Source of the DNA: a virus
Strand: one strand, 5' to 3'
Virus record (IMG/VR): IMGVR_UViG_3300042802_000002
Length of the DNA: 45,653 nt
The notes under the pieces were generated by a model. It ran no database searches. It saw nothing but the letters and a program-made list of their open reading frames with translations, and was not told where the DNA came from. A program made the position numbers and the translations under genes. This document shows positions 37,375-45,653 of the stretch, piece by piece (within the stretch, counting starts at the first letter, position 1; each line of letters starts with the position of its first letter).

Positions 37375-37605
37375 CTAAGTTTCTAACGCCTTATTAAATC
37401 GTTTCTCAACATACTGCAAGACTGATTTCAACGATTTTCTTTCCTTCTGCAACGCTATTCTTTCCACCAATTCCAGTTCTTCCATTTCTAAAAGGTCAGT
37501 TTCAATAACGCCTATACGCTTTTCAATAAATTTTTTGACATATTCCCAACCTGTTGACTGTGCCAATGTCGCAACTTCTCTTAATTCACGCTGTTTATCG
37601 TCCAT
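37375..37605 (-). CDS. Hypothetical small protein
   Basis: 76-aa ORF. Confidence 0.5.
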   Translation of the reverse strand: MDDKQRELREVATLAQSTGWEYVKKFIEKRIGVIETDLLEMEELELVERIALQKERKSLKSVLQYVEKRFNKALET

Positions 37606-39536
37606 TATCTCACCTGTCCTGACGCTTGTTGACTAGGGTTTCTTTCAGTCTGTGGCCTTCTTCCTCTTGCTCTACCTGTACTTGCATTATCAGCCTGCTG
37701 GGCAGCTGTTGGTCTATTACCTCCCTGCTCTGCAGCAGCCTGTTGTTGCTGTTGCATTTGCTGTATAGCCATTTCCTGGTCTGACAACAAGAATTTTTCT
37801 GCATTTTCTATATCAAAAGCCTTCAACCATTCCTGGAATAATTCTTTGTAATTAACGAATGGTACTCCAGACTGTAATAACATTTGAAGCATATGAGTTA
37901 ATTGTTCTCGTCTTACATCTTTATTAGCTGCAGGATCAACATTAGTTCCTGCTGGCCTGTAATCAAATTCACCTATTAAATCACCTGTATCAATAGCACG
38001 CCAAGCGTTACCCTGTTCAAACGGAATATTAATTAACCTTTCGCTATCAATAAATTGCTGGTTATTCATATCCATTAAGTGTGATAAACGCTTAATTCCC
38101 AATTCCTCGAATATCTTTTGCTTAACTTCAAATCTCATTCCAGCGTTAGATGTCTGCTTCATAGTTTCTGTTGCTGTTTGGTCGCCTGTGCTTTCAGCAC
38201 CCTGCATAACAGGTGGTGTCGCAAGTGCATTTTCAGCTAAACCTTTCAACATACCCTGCTGATTAAAAGCAGAAGAAGCTACATCTGTCATATCAAATTC
38301 TTGTACATCTTCTGGGCGATCAACATAGATAATTCCGTGTGGTCTTGATACCAATTCGGACTCGTCAATGTCTGCCCCTCGTCTAACTTTCCACATCTTA
38401 TTTAAGATAAAGTTGATATTATCTGTACGCTGATTATGGAGAGTATTTTCTTCTTCCTGAATATCAGAAATGACCTGTACTGCACTCATTCCGTAAAATT
38501 CAGAAGGTAATCTGTCATATTTGCCTACAACAAAAGGTTTTTTCCTGTGTCGCCAGTAAGGAGAAGGTCCGTCATAAATAGTTTTCTGCCTGTTGACTGT
38601 GATACAATGCCTGTTATCTTCCCAATAGTGCAATAATTCTAACTCTGAATTTTTGTTAGACTTATAATCGTTATTGCTGAAAATATCAACATCACCAGAA
38701 GAAAAACCTATCTCTGACATTCTTTTATCTCGGCCGTGTTCTAAGTTGGCTGCACCTTGTAATTCCTGTAATTCTTTAAGATCTCTTAGATAAATTCTTC
38801 CTTCATCTAAATAATCTAAAAATTCTAATCGACTTTTTAACTGATCTAAAGTAACAAATTCTCTTTGGAATACTCCTCGGCAATCGTCTAAGTTAGTACC
38901 TTTAGGGTCAGGCCAAAAATCAAAATAATCTATATTAGTTATCTCGTTATCGTCCCAAACAGCTTCTCTGGTCTGCCTGGTCTGATATATGTGCCTGCCT
39001 GTATATTGAGGTACTCCAAATTGATTTCTGATGATCTCGGGTACTGGTACTTTCTTCTTTACAAAATCTTCCTCGTATCGCCACCCAACGCCCATAATTC
39101 CTAAAGGAAAGATTAATAGAGAAGTTATATAATCATAGTATTTAGAAACTATGTTGTTTTTATCCAACTGCTCATTAACTAAAGAAGCAGCCACCTTTGC
39201 TTTATCTTCTGCCATATTCATAGGAAATCTGTCAAAATTTGTCGGCTTAGGCAGAAAATCTATATAAGGTGGAGATTTAAATAATCCCATTACATACCTT
39301 GCCCGAATAGTATCTACAATCTGATAGGCTCTAGGTATATGGATATTAGAGCGGGTATTTTCTTCCTCGTCCTTTTCCCTAAATTTTTCTTTATAGCCAA
39401 CAACCTGCTTATACCATCTAACCGCCATATCGTCCCATTGACTACGATAACTGTCAAAATGATTAAATAGCGATATTTGTTCCTGGAATAAGTCGCTTGC
39501 TTCCTGCTGTAATGTAGTTGGTCGGTTAAAAATCAT
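37605..39536 (-). CDS. Portal protein (candidate)
   Basis: 643 aa; sits between the terminase and scaffold/capsid genes; called by synteny and size. Confidence 0.6.
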   Translation of the reverse strand: MIFNRPTTLQQEASDLFQEQISLFNHFDSYRSQWDDMAVRWYKQVVGYKEKFREKDEEENTRSNIHIPRAYQIVDTIRARYVMGLFKSPPYIDFLPKPTNFDRFPMNMAEDKAKVAASLVNEQLDKNNIVSKYYDYITSLLIFPLGIMGVGWRYEEDFVKKKVPVPEIIRNQFGVPQYTGRHIYQTRQTREAVWDDNEITNIDYFDFWPDPKGTNLDDCRGVFQREFVTLDQLKSRLEFLDYLDEGRIYLRDLKELQELQGAANLEHGRDKRMSEIGFSSGDVDIFSNNDYKSNKNSELELLHYWEDNRHCITVNRQKTIYDGPSPYWRHRKKPFVVGKYDRLPSEFYGMSAVQVISDIQEEENTLHNQRTDNINFILNKMWKVRRGADIDESELVSRPHGIIYVDRPEDVQEFDMTDVASSAFNQQGMLKGLAENALATPPVMQGAESTGDQTATETMKQTSNAGMRFEVKQKIFEELGIKRLSHLMDMNNQQFIDSERLINIPFEQGNAWRAIDTGDLIGEFDYRPAGTNVDPAANKDVRREQLTHMLQMLLQSGVPFVNYKELFQEWLKAFDIENAEKFLLSDQEMAIQQMQQQQQAAAEQGGNRPTAAQQADNASTGRARGRRPQTERNPSQQASGQVR

Positions 39537-39540
39537 TTAA

Positions 39541-39768
39541 TCACCTTCTCGGCTGCTGTGGTTGTTGTGGTGGTGCTTGTGGTCCTGCCCCTGCTTGTTC
39601 TACCTGCTGCAATCTAGTAATCAGCTGCATAGCTAACATTACTAATTGCTGTTGATCCATTTGAGATAATCTTTGCTGCAACTGCTGCATTTGTCCTCCG
39701 TTTTGAGGACCTGCCGCCATTCCTGGACCTCCAGGTTGTTGTGGTGGTTGTCCCATACCCATTGGCAT
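39541..39768 (-). CDS. Q/P/G-rich low-complexity small protein
   Basis: 75-aa ORF immediately upstream of the portal gene. Confidence 0.4.
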   Translation of the reverse strand: MPMGMGQPPQQPGGPGMAAGPQNGGQMQQLQQRLSQMDQQQLVMLAMQLITRLQQVEQAGAGPQAPPQQPQQPRR

Positions 39769-39848
39769 AATAACCCTCCTTAAAACAATACTGTATAAAT
39801 AGAAAAAGCCCCCACCACCAGTTATTACCTGATAGTAGGGGCTGCTTG

Positions 39849-40022
39849 AGCCGCTTGATTATTTTTCTTTATGTTCCAAAAATGAGTAAACTTCTCCTCC
39901 TAAACGCTGAAAGTATATGTTCATACTGCTACATCTAGGACATTTTTTCTTTATGACACCTTCAAAATCGGCTTCTCCCAATACTTTATTACAATTTTTA
40001 CATCTTAATTCTTCTATTGTCT
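39849..40022 (-). CDS. Small zinc-ribbon protein (GTG start, 57 aa)
   Basis: Below the track cutoff; CKNC ... CPRC; GGTGG upstream of the GTG. Confidence 0.35.
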
Positions 40023-40262
40023 TCCACCTCACTTTAAGAATACCACCAAATTAAATAATTTGCAAACTGCAAACTTTAGTTTACAACCTTTTATGCAGGG
40101 CTTCAACTAGCCTTACACCTTCGGCAGCTGTCAAATCAAAGATAACTGAACACCACATAGCCATATATCCGTCATCTTCGGGAGTCTTACAGCATTTAGC
40201 ATATTCAACAAGTATTTTGGCTGTATCTCTGTCATAATCATCATACATAATAGACCTTTCTT

Positions 40263-40520
40263 TTAATCAAGTTTTTTTTCAATTTTTTCAACAAAACCGT
40301 TAAATCTGTAATTTCTGAAACAATCTATTATATCAAACAATTCTTCGAAGCCAATATCCATTTTCTTATCTAGCATTTCGTCATTCATTTCTGTATATTC
40401 ACAATAATGGTCATACATTCTTGCAAAGTTATCTAAATAATCTTCCATTTCTAGTTCCATTTTCCTCAATTTTCTTTGCTCTTTTTTAACAAATTCTTTT
40501 TTGCTTAAAATTGGGATCAA
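40263..40520 (-). CDS. Hypothetical acidic protein
   Basis: 85-aa ORF. Confidence 0.5.
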   Translation of the reverse strand: MIPILSKKEFVKKEQRKLRKMELEMEDYLDNFARMYDHYCEYTEMNDEMLDKKMDIGFEELFDIIDCFRNYRFNGFVEKIEKKLD

Positions 40521-40525
40521 CCTCC

Positions 40526-40954
40526 TTAATCATCTTTCAAGTGTTTTGTGGCCCAATGTTCTTTTCTAACTATATAACCAACTAGACTCATACTGATATT
40601 ATACTTTTTAGATAACTCTTTATATTTTATATTGCTATTATTGTATTCATTAAAAACATCAATAGCTTGTTTTTTTGATATTTTTTGAGTAGGTCTTTTA
40701 CCTCTATTATTTCTCCAAAAATTAGGGTTATCTTTTAGCCATTCTTTTTGCTGACTACTTATTATTTCTTTTGTAGTATCAACCATACATTCACCATTTT
40801 CTCGTTTTCTAATATCAATATTGTATTTTTTCAAATAATTATATATTGTTTGAGGTGTACAACCTACTATTTTTGATATTTGGTAACTCCCCATTTCAGT
40901 TCCAGGCTCACCCCAATACATTTCTTCCAATTCTTCTTTACTAATTAGAGCCAT
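40526..40954 (-). CDS. HTH DNA-binding protein (two HTH-like segments)
   Basis: 142 aa; ISKIVGCTPQTIYNYL and LSKKYNISMSLVGYIV. Confidence 0.5.
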   Translation of the reverse strand: MALISKEELEEMYWGEPGTEMGSYQISKIVGCTPQTIYNYLKKYNIDIRKRENGECMVDTTKEIISSQQKEWLKDNPNFWRNNRGKRPTQKISKKQAIDVFNEYNNSNIKYKELSKKYNISMSLVGYIVRKEHWATKHLKDD

Positions 40955-40963
40955 TTTTCCTCC

Positions 40964-42577
40964 TTAATAGCCTGTAGAAGATGATATAGGCTTAATTCTA
41001 CGTTTTCTAGCTTCTCTTAACTTCTTTCTAGTCTTATTATTCATCTTCGGCCGTGGTCTTGACAGGCAGTAGTAGCGTAAAGAGTCGTGAATATGGTCCT
41101 CTTGTCCGCTATCTAAATCGTCTGGTTTTTGAGGGTGTACTTTAAGTCCTGGGAAAATACGGATAGTGTTACTACAGCTTTGAGTAAATCTCAACTTGCA
41201 TAAAGGTTTACCATTCCTATCAAGTACATATTCTCCCTGCTCGTCCTTAATAGGAGTAATAAACTCGTGAAATCTTCGCCAACCCATAATCCTGTCTTTG
41301 TCAGCCTGTCGCCAAGGTCTTAGCCCGTGTTCTTCCATAATATCTATTGTAGTTTTACCTGTGTCCTTATTTTTAGCCCAACAAGATGTATCAGCTACAA
41401 TATAATCTATCTGTTCAGGTACACCGTTAGGATCTCTTGATAACATTCGTATATCTTCGGCCTGTTCTGGATCAGTTTTGTGGAAAGGATAATATTCTCT
41501 ATACATAATAGCCCAACCATCAGGAGAAATAGCATACCAGCAAGCAGCTGCTCTATTATATCCACCATCATAAGACATAACTATACGCCAGCTAGAAGGC
41601 GGATACCAGTCCTGTCCGTAAGGTATGTGAATATCTGGTCGCCATTCGTGAAACATAGCCCCAGCACCAGCAGAAAACGCTTCGGCAGGTGAAGCAGGAT
41701 ACTCTTTCTTAACTGAATTAGGAATATCTGCAGCTGTCCTGTCATACCATTCCTGATTACGGTCAGGGTGAGCATACCAGGGTATAAACATACCAGTAAA
41801 AGAGTTTTTACCGCTACCTTTTTCCCCTTTAAACTCCCATTTAGCGTTCTGCCATATATCTTCGTGCAAAGTTCCTTTATCAGCAGTAGAAATACCGATA
41901 ACTTTACCACCAGTTGCACGGTTAATGGTAGGATAAGCCGCTTCCCATATTTCTTCTGCAAAAGGGTGGAAAGCCCACTCGTCCATTATTACCTTATTTG
42001 CTGTAAATGATCTAGCAGCACCAGGAGAAGATGTAAAACCTTTAAAAACAGAAGGCTCTTTATCGCCTGGGTGATGAATAATTATATCCAGCTTATGCTG
42101 CTCGTACATAATACCAGTAATATTCTGTTTTTTATCCTCTTTTTCGCCTTTTTTATCGACAATTAACCAATTAGGCATATATTTGAAGATAAAACCCATT
42201 CTTCTTACTAATTCCTTAACATCACCTTCGGTCTGTGAGATAGTATTAGCTGAAAAGCCAGGGTTATAAATTAAATCGTGAGAAGTATCAGCTAAGGCTA
42301 ACCAGGTTATACCAAGCTGCCTGGCTTTCAAGGTAACCACTCGGTCCTCTTTGATAAATAAATCTAATAATTCCTTTTGAGCGTCCCACAATTTGAAAGG
42401 AATAACTATATCTTCGGAGTCTTTATCCTCGATATGCACAAATTCCTCGATAAAATCAGCTTTATTTTTCTTATAAGCTATATATTTAACCATTTTCCTG
42501 TCGGTAGGATCTCTTAAATCAAAACCCAATTCTTCAAATTTTTGCTGTATTTCATTAGCATTAGCCATATTAACCAC
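40964..42577 (-). CDS. Terminase large subunit
   Basis: 537 aa; N-terminal ATPase-like region (ARQLGITW, VIMDEW) and Asp-rich C-terminal nuclease-like region; next to the portal block. Confidence 0.7.
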   Translation of the reverse strand: MVNMANANEIQQKFEELGFDLRDPTDRKMVKYIAYKKNKADFIEEFVHIEDKDSEDIVIPFKLWDAQKELLDLFIKEDRVVTLKARQLGITWLALADTSHDLIYNPGFSANTISQTEGDVKELVRRMGFIFKYMPNWLIVDKKGEKEDKKQNITGIMYEQHKLDIIIHHPGDKEPSVFKGFTSSPGAARSFTANKVIMDEWAFHPFAEEIWEAAYPTINRATGGKVIGISTADKGTLHEDIWQNAKWEFKGEKGSGKNSFTGMFIPWYAHPDRNQEWYDRTAADIPNSVKKEYPASPAEAFSAGAGAMFHEWRPDIHIPYGQDWYPPSSWRIVMSYDGGYNRAAACWYAISPDGWAIMYREYYPFHKTDPEQAEDIRMLSRDPNGVPEQIDYIVADTSCWAKNKDTGKTTIDIMEEHGLRPWRQADKDRIMGWRRFHEFITPIKDEQGEYVLDRNGKPLCKLRFTQSCSNTIRIFPGLKVHPQKPDDLDSGQEDHIHDSLRYYCLSRPRPKMNNKTRKKLREARKRRIKPISSSTGY

Positions 42578-43015
42578 CTAAAATATAGAAAAATCTATAT
42601 CATCTTTGTATTTTTCGCCCTCTAATATAACTACTGGTATTCCTCTATAACTTTTTAAAACTTTATTTTCTAATTTGCCATCACCTACACCGTGTATAAA
42701 AAAATCTTCCGCTGCTAAAAGTTTTTCGTGAACATTCTTACCTAAAAATAATCTATCTATTACTATATCGTTTAACTCAGCTTCCTCTATTTCTAAGTCA
42801 ATTTCTTCTAATATTTCGATAACTTCTGATATATCTTCGCCGTTTTTAACAAATTCCTCCACAGTAAACCTCCTTCTTGAAGAAAAAAGAGTCCTATAAT
42901 AACTTCTAATACATACTTCGCAAATATTACCTTCAAGCATTGTGTCGGTTGCGGTGCCTGAAAAGAAATTGCCGCCACAAATAGAACAAACTTTATCTCC
43001 TACCCTATATTTCAC
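42578..43015 (-). CDS. Hypothetical protein with N-terminal zinc ribbon (alternative small-terminase candidate by position)
   Basis: 145 aa; GTG start; CSICGG ... CEVC; directly upstream of the large terminase. Confidence 0.5.
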   Translation of the reverse strand: MKYRVGDKVCSICGGNFFSGTATDTMLEGNICEVCIRSYYRTLFSSRRRFTVEEFVKNGEDISEVIEILEEIDLEIEEAELNDIVIDRLFLGKNVHEKLLAAEDFFIHGVGDGKLENKVLKSYRGIPVVILEGEKYKDDIDFSIF

Positions 43016-43019
43016 TTAA

Positions 43020-43181
43020 TCACTCCAAATCGTTATCTATTCTTTTTTCTATAATACCTATAGCTTCGCTTTTTGCTATATTTTCACGCTCAAACTGCTT
43101 TAATTGTGGATAATTACCTGCATTATACTTCTGTTTAAGTAATTTTTTCTGCAAATTCTCTATTTTACGCTGTTTACTCAT
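43020..43181 (-). CDS. Small coiled-coil protein (about 53 aa)
   Basis: Below the track cutoff; ATG overlaps the upstream stop. Confidence 0.4.
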   Translation of the reverse strand: MSKQRKIENLQKKLLKQKYNAGNYPQLKQFERENIAKSEAIGIIEKRIDNDLE

Positions 43182-43497
43182 TTTTTTCACCCTTTAAACT
43201 ATCAAAAACTTTTTCTTTATCTTCAAAATCTAACGGAAGCATTGTCAAATCTATCCTGTGTTCTTCTGTTGGCATTTCTCTAATAAATTCCCAACCTGGT
43301 GCTGATATATTAATAATAAACCAATTATTATTTGTTGATTTCAAATAGTTAATTAATTCCCTACCAATCCTTGCCGCTTGTTTGTCTGTTAAATAATCCT
43401 TTTCATTTTTGTTAATATCAATTGGAAAAGCAGAAGTAGAAATTATATCGTGTAATGTTTCTGATTTATCAAGCAATTTTCTAAAATTTTTACTCAT
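43174..43497 (-). CDS. Hypothetical protein
   Basis: 107-aa ORF. Confidence 0.55.
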   Translation of the reverse strand: MSKNFRKLLDKSETLHDIISTSAFPIDINKNEKDYLTDKQAARIGRELINYLKSTNNNWFIINISAPGWEFIREMPTEEHRIDLTMLPLDFEDKEKVFDSLKGEKNE

Positions 43498-43499
43498 AT

Positions 43500-43727
43500 T
43501 TATACCTCTTTCAGCATTTTAATTTCACGCTGTAGCTGTTTATATGCCCCAGCTCTAAATAAATTCTTAATATTGACTAAATGACCGAATTTTGTGTCGG
43601 CTTTACCTACTAATTTTGGTCTGTATCTACCCATTTTAACCCTTCTTTCTGCTGGCTTTTCGCCAAAATATTCATCATAATTCATCAAAATATCATAAAT
43701 TTTTGGTGATACTATTAAACTCTGCAT
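43500..43727 (-). CDS. Hypothetical protein (75 aa; start corrected to avoid the tRNA)
   Basis: The track ORF (43500..43787) extends into the tRNA; the internal ATG at 43727 is preceded by AGGAGG. Confidence 0.55.
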   Translation of the reverse strand: MQSLIVSPKIYDILMNYDEYFGEKPAERRVKMGRYRPKLVGKADTKFGHLVNIKNLFRAGAYKQLQREIKMLKEV

Positions 43728-43744
43728 TTTACCTCCTAAAAAAA

Positions 43745-43833
43745 TGGTCCGTAGGGCAGGACTCGAACCTGCAAGTGCCTCCCACACAGTCGGATTTACA
43801 GTCCGCCGCCATCACCATTTCGGCCACCTACGG
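43745..43833 (-). tRNA. tRNA-Tyr (anticodon GTA), type II with long variable arm
   Basis: Manual cloverleaf: 7-bp acceptor stem (CCGTAGG/CCTACGG), anticodon loop CTGTAAA, T-arm GCAGG-TTCGAGT-CCTGC, discriminator A and encoded CCA. Confidence 0.8.
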
Positions 43834-43914
43834 ATAATCTATATAAAGAGGGCAGCCTTATACGGAGAGTTTGCGACACTTAATGCAACGCCTTCTCACT
43901 ACCCTCTTTATTGC

Positions 43915-44208
43915 TTAAAGTTTCTTAAAATGTATTTCAGCTCTATAATTTTCTAAATCTAATTCAGTATAATATTTTGCTATAGGTCTTTTATCCAAAT
44001 ATAGCACAAAATAATCCTCATAGATTTCCCAGGAATTTTCAACCATTATCTGCAGCCTGTTTAAATCTAATTCATCAGCTTTTATCTTATGTTCTACTAA
44101 ATCATCTAATTCAGCTGCAAATTCCACATCATAATCGGCTACAACATCTATGATCTTATCCTGGATAGCTTTGTTTTCAGCTATAGCCATTTCTAAACTA
44201 TTCATCAT
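43915..44208 (-). CDS. Hypothetical acidic protein
   Basis: 97-aa ORF. Confidence 0.55.
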   Translation of the reverse strand: MMNSLEMAIAENKAIQDKIIDVVADYDVEFAAELDDLVEHKIKADELDLNRLQIMVENSWEIYEDYFVLYLDKRPIAKYYTELDLENYRAEIHFKKL

Positions 44209-44719
44209 CTTTAACTGGTTTAACTGTCGCCAAACGATCGCAAATTACCGTTATTTTTGTATTATCGAAGTTATTTCTTTCAAGCATAGTATTAACTCCA
44301 GCCAAACCTTTAGCGTGTTCAGCGTTTTTAGCCACTACTTTAGTGTCAATTTTAGGAATACCTTCGCCACAATTCTCTTTTTCAATAGCAATTACCTGAT
44401 AAATACTCCACATTTCTCTTGGCTCACTTGCACTCATACCCACTGTTGGCATATTACCTTCCTCCTTTGTTGGTCCCATAAAATTAGCAATACCTCCACA
44501 AGTATATCTTAAAGCGTCAACCTGATGTTCTCTTTCCATTTGAGATGTATCAGTTACAAATGCTTTTTGCTTTGCTTCTTTATACATTCGCATTAAAGGA
44601 CTATCATCTGGCTCAATTACTGGTATATCTTCTATTGGCGACGGTCCACAATCTCCAACTAATATTTCCCTACTTTTAGCTTCTTTCATAACCATTTTGG
44701 CATATTCCTCGTTGTCCAT
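44198..44719 (-). CDS. Hypothetical protein
   Basis: 173-aa ORF. Confidence 0.6.
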   Translation of the reverse strand: MDNEEYAKMVMKEAKSREILVGDCGPSPIEDIPVIEPDDSPLMRMYKEAKQKAFVTDTSQMEREHQVDALRYTCGGIANFMGPTKEEGNMPTVGMSASEPREMWSIYQVIAIEKENCGEGIPKIDTKVVAKNAEHAKGLAGVNTMLERNNFDNTKITVICDRLATVKPVKDDE

Positions 44720-44799
44720 ATTTACCTCCTAAACACTAATCCACATGACTATACCTGCTAACAACCCAGCTATTAATAAAGCATTTAATAGTCTTAACA

Positions 44800-45102
44800 T
44801 CATTTCACCTTCTCATAAGTCTTATGGAATATATCAGGTTTGCAAGGATAAAATTCGCCATTAACACCTTTAATGATGTAATCGCCTACACTAGCTATCA
44901 TTGTTCCTTCTAAAGTTTCAATTTCAATTTTTCCCTCTGAACTTCCATTTGGTATAGTTTTAACTCTTATAGCTTTATCCATAAATTCTGCTATTTCTAA
45001 ATCATTATATTTTTTTGCTATTCCGTGTTTACAAGGTATTTTTTCTATCAACTTAAATTGTATAGCTTCAATAACAACTGGTTTTTTACGATATTTTGCC
45101 AT
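44800..45102 (-). CDS. Hypothetical phage protein (KKPVVIEAIQF ... PCKPDIF motifs)
   Basis: 100-aa ORF; motif pair that I recall as recurring in small phage proteins; adjacent to the DUF2829-like gene. Confidence 0.55.
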   Translation of the reverse strand: MAKYRKKPVVIEAIQFKLIEKIPCKHGIAKKYNDLEIAEFMDKAIRVKTIPNGSSEGKIEIETLEGTMIASVGDYIIKGVNGEFYPCKPDIFHKTYEKVK

Positions 45103-45142
45103 TTTATCTCCTTAAAATTGCTTTGATAAGACAAAACTAACA

Positions 45143-45415
45143 TTATTCAACAACTTCCCAATCGTTTGATAGCATATCAGGTTGTGAAGCTAACCACCCT
45201 GGCTGCCATTTCTCGCCAGCGGTCCACATAACTATATACCCCTGACATTCTAAATCTTTCCCTTCTGGTAAAAATTTTCTGCTTCTACCATTAACCATGC
45301 TTTCTTCAATAGTTACAGGTGGCATATAGCACAGCCACATATTTTTACCATTCCAACCTTTTCGTGCAATTTTTTTGCCTTTTTTTAATTCTTCTAATGC
45401 TTTACCAAAATTCAT
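45143..45415 (-). CDS. DUF2829-like protein (Tad2-like anti-defence candidate)
   Basis: Start set at the internal ATG preceded by GGAGGG; MNFGKALEELKKGKKIARKGWNGK ... WLASQPDMLSNDWEVV matches the DUF2829 pattern as I remember it. Confidence 0.55.
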   Translation of the reverse strand: MNFGKALEELKKGKKIARKGWNGKNMWLCYMPPVTIEESMVNGRSRKFLPEGKDLECQGYIVMWTAGEKWQPGWLASQPDMLSNDWEVVE

Positions 45416-45425
45416 ATTGCCCTCC

Positions 45426-45632
45426 TTAAAACTGCTTTGAAAGTGTAAAACTAACATTATTCGGAGTCTTACAATCCTGCTTTATTCTTAAATGGCCTAA
45501 AGGAAGTCTACCATCAACACCAACTATACATATATCGTCCTCTACATAGGAATAGTGCAGCTTTTTTACTACAAAATTAGGAGATTGGAGTAAATGCTCG
45601 ACCACTATCCTGTCAAAGCTAGAAATATCCAT
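45426..45632 (-). CDS. Hypothetical protein spanning the terminal repeat
   Basis: 68-aa ORF; its 5' part lies inside 45527..45653 and is therefore duplicated at 1..106. Confidence 0.45.
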   Translation of the reverse strand: MDISSFDRIVVEHLLQSPNFVVKKLHYSYVEDDICIVGVDGRLPLGHLRIKQDCKTPNNVSFTLSKQF

Positions 45633-45653
45633 AGTGCCGTCCTCTGATACTGT
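45527..45653. repeat. Terminal direct repeat, right copy (identical to 1..127)
   Basis: Direct sequence identity with the first 127 bases. Confidence 0.9.

Noticed and set aside
40071-40250. Possible ~55-aa minus-strand ORF (MYDDYDRDTAKILVEYAKCCK...)
   Set aside because: It reads as a plausible small gene, but I could not pin its boundaries with confidence by hand, so it is not listed as a feature.
43728-43787. N-terminal 20 codons of the track ORF 43500..43787
   Set aside because: This part is the tRNA sequence read as protein; the internal ATG at 43727 with an AGGAGG site is the credible start.
43744-43956. Plus-strand 70-aa ORF
   Set aside because: It overlaps the tRNA-Tyr and a structured intergenic region; its protein sequence is the antisense read of the tRNA; no ribosome-binding site.
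44728-44800. 24-codon hydrophobic mini-ORF between 44719 and 44800
   Set aside because: Too short to support without expression or conservation evidence.
1-45653. CRISPR array, integrase/lysogeny module, reverse transcriptase or diversity-generating retroelement
   Set aside because: No spaced direct-repeat array, no recombinase-like ORF and no ORF with a YxDD reverse-transcriptase motif were seen; the tandem repeats found are intragenic or regulatory.

Overview
The window appears to be a complete double-stranded DNA phage genome of about 45.5 kb, assembled with a 127-bp terminal duplication (1..127 is identical to 45527..45653, so the unique unit is 45,526 bp). It is AT-rich, and most plus-strand genes that I checked are preceded by strong Shine-Dalgarno sequences (AGGAGG/GGAGG), which points to a low-GC Gram-positive (Firmicutes-like) host. 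Almost all genes are on the minus strand in two blocks. The virion/lysis block runs, wrapping through the contig ends, from a putative small terminase (768..1226) through small accessory genes, a tRNA-Tyr, large terminase, portal, scaffold-like protein, major capsid candidate, several large virion proteins (including a WD40 beta-propeller protein and a 2,607-aa giant protein) to an M15-peptidase endolysin with holin-like genes (ending 15950). The early/replication block (15126 down to 4896) encodes Cro-like and other HTH proteins, a RusA-like resolvase, a YopX-like protein, a small radical-SAM protein, SSB and many small Cys-rich proteins. A single plus-strand cassette (1648..4829) carries a RadC-like JAB protein and an acidic protein. 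No integrase, reverse transcriptase, CRISPR array or rRNA was seen. The most interesting candidates are: an ~820-bp GC-enriched noncoding island between the late and early blocks (15127..15949) that may encode a large structured RNA; a DUF2829/Tad2-like candidate anti-defence gene (45143..45415) in a cluster of small genes ahead of the terminase; the giant HExxH-containing virion protein; and the WD40 virion protein. All functional calls rest on motif recognition by eye and on gene order; none was checked against a database.
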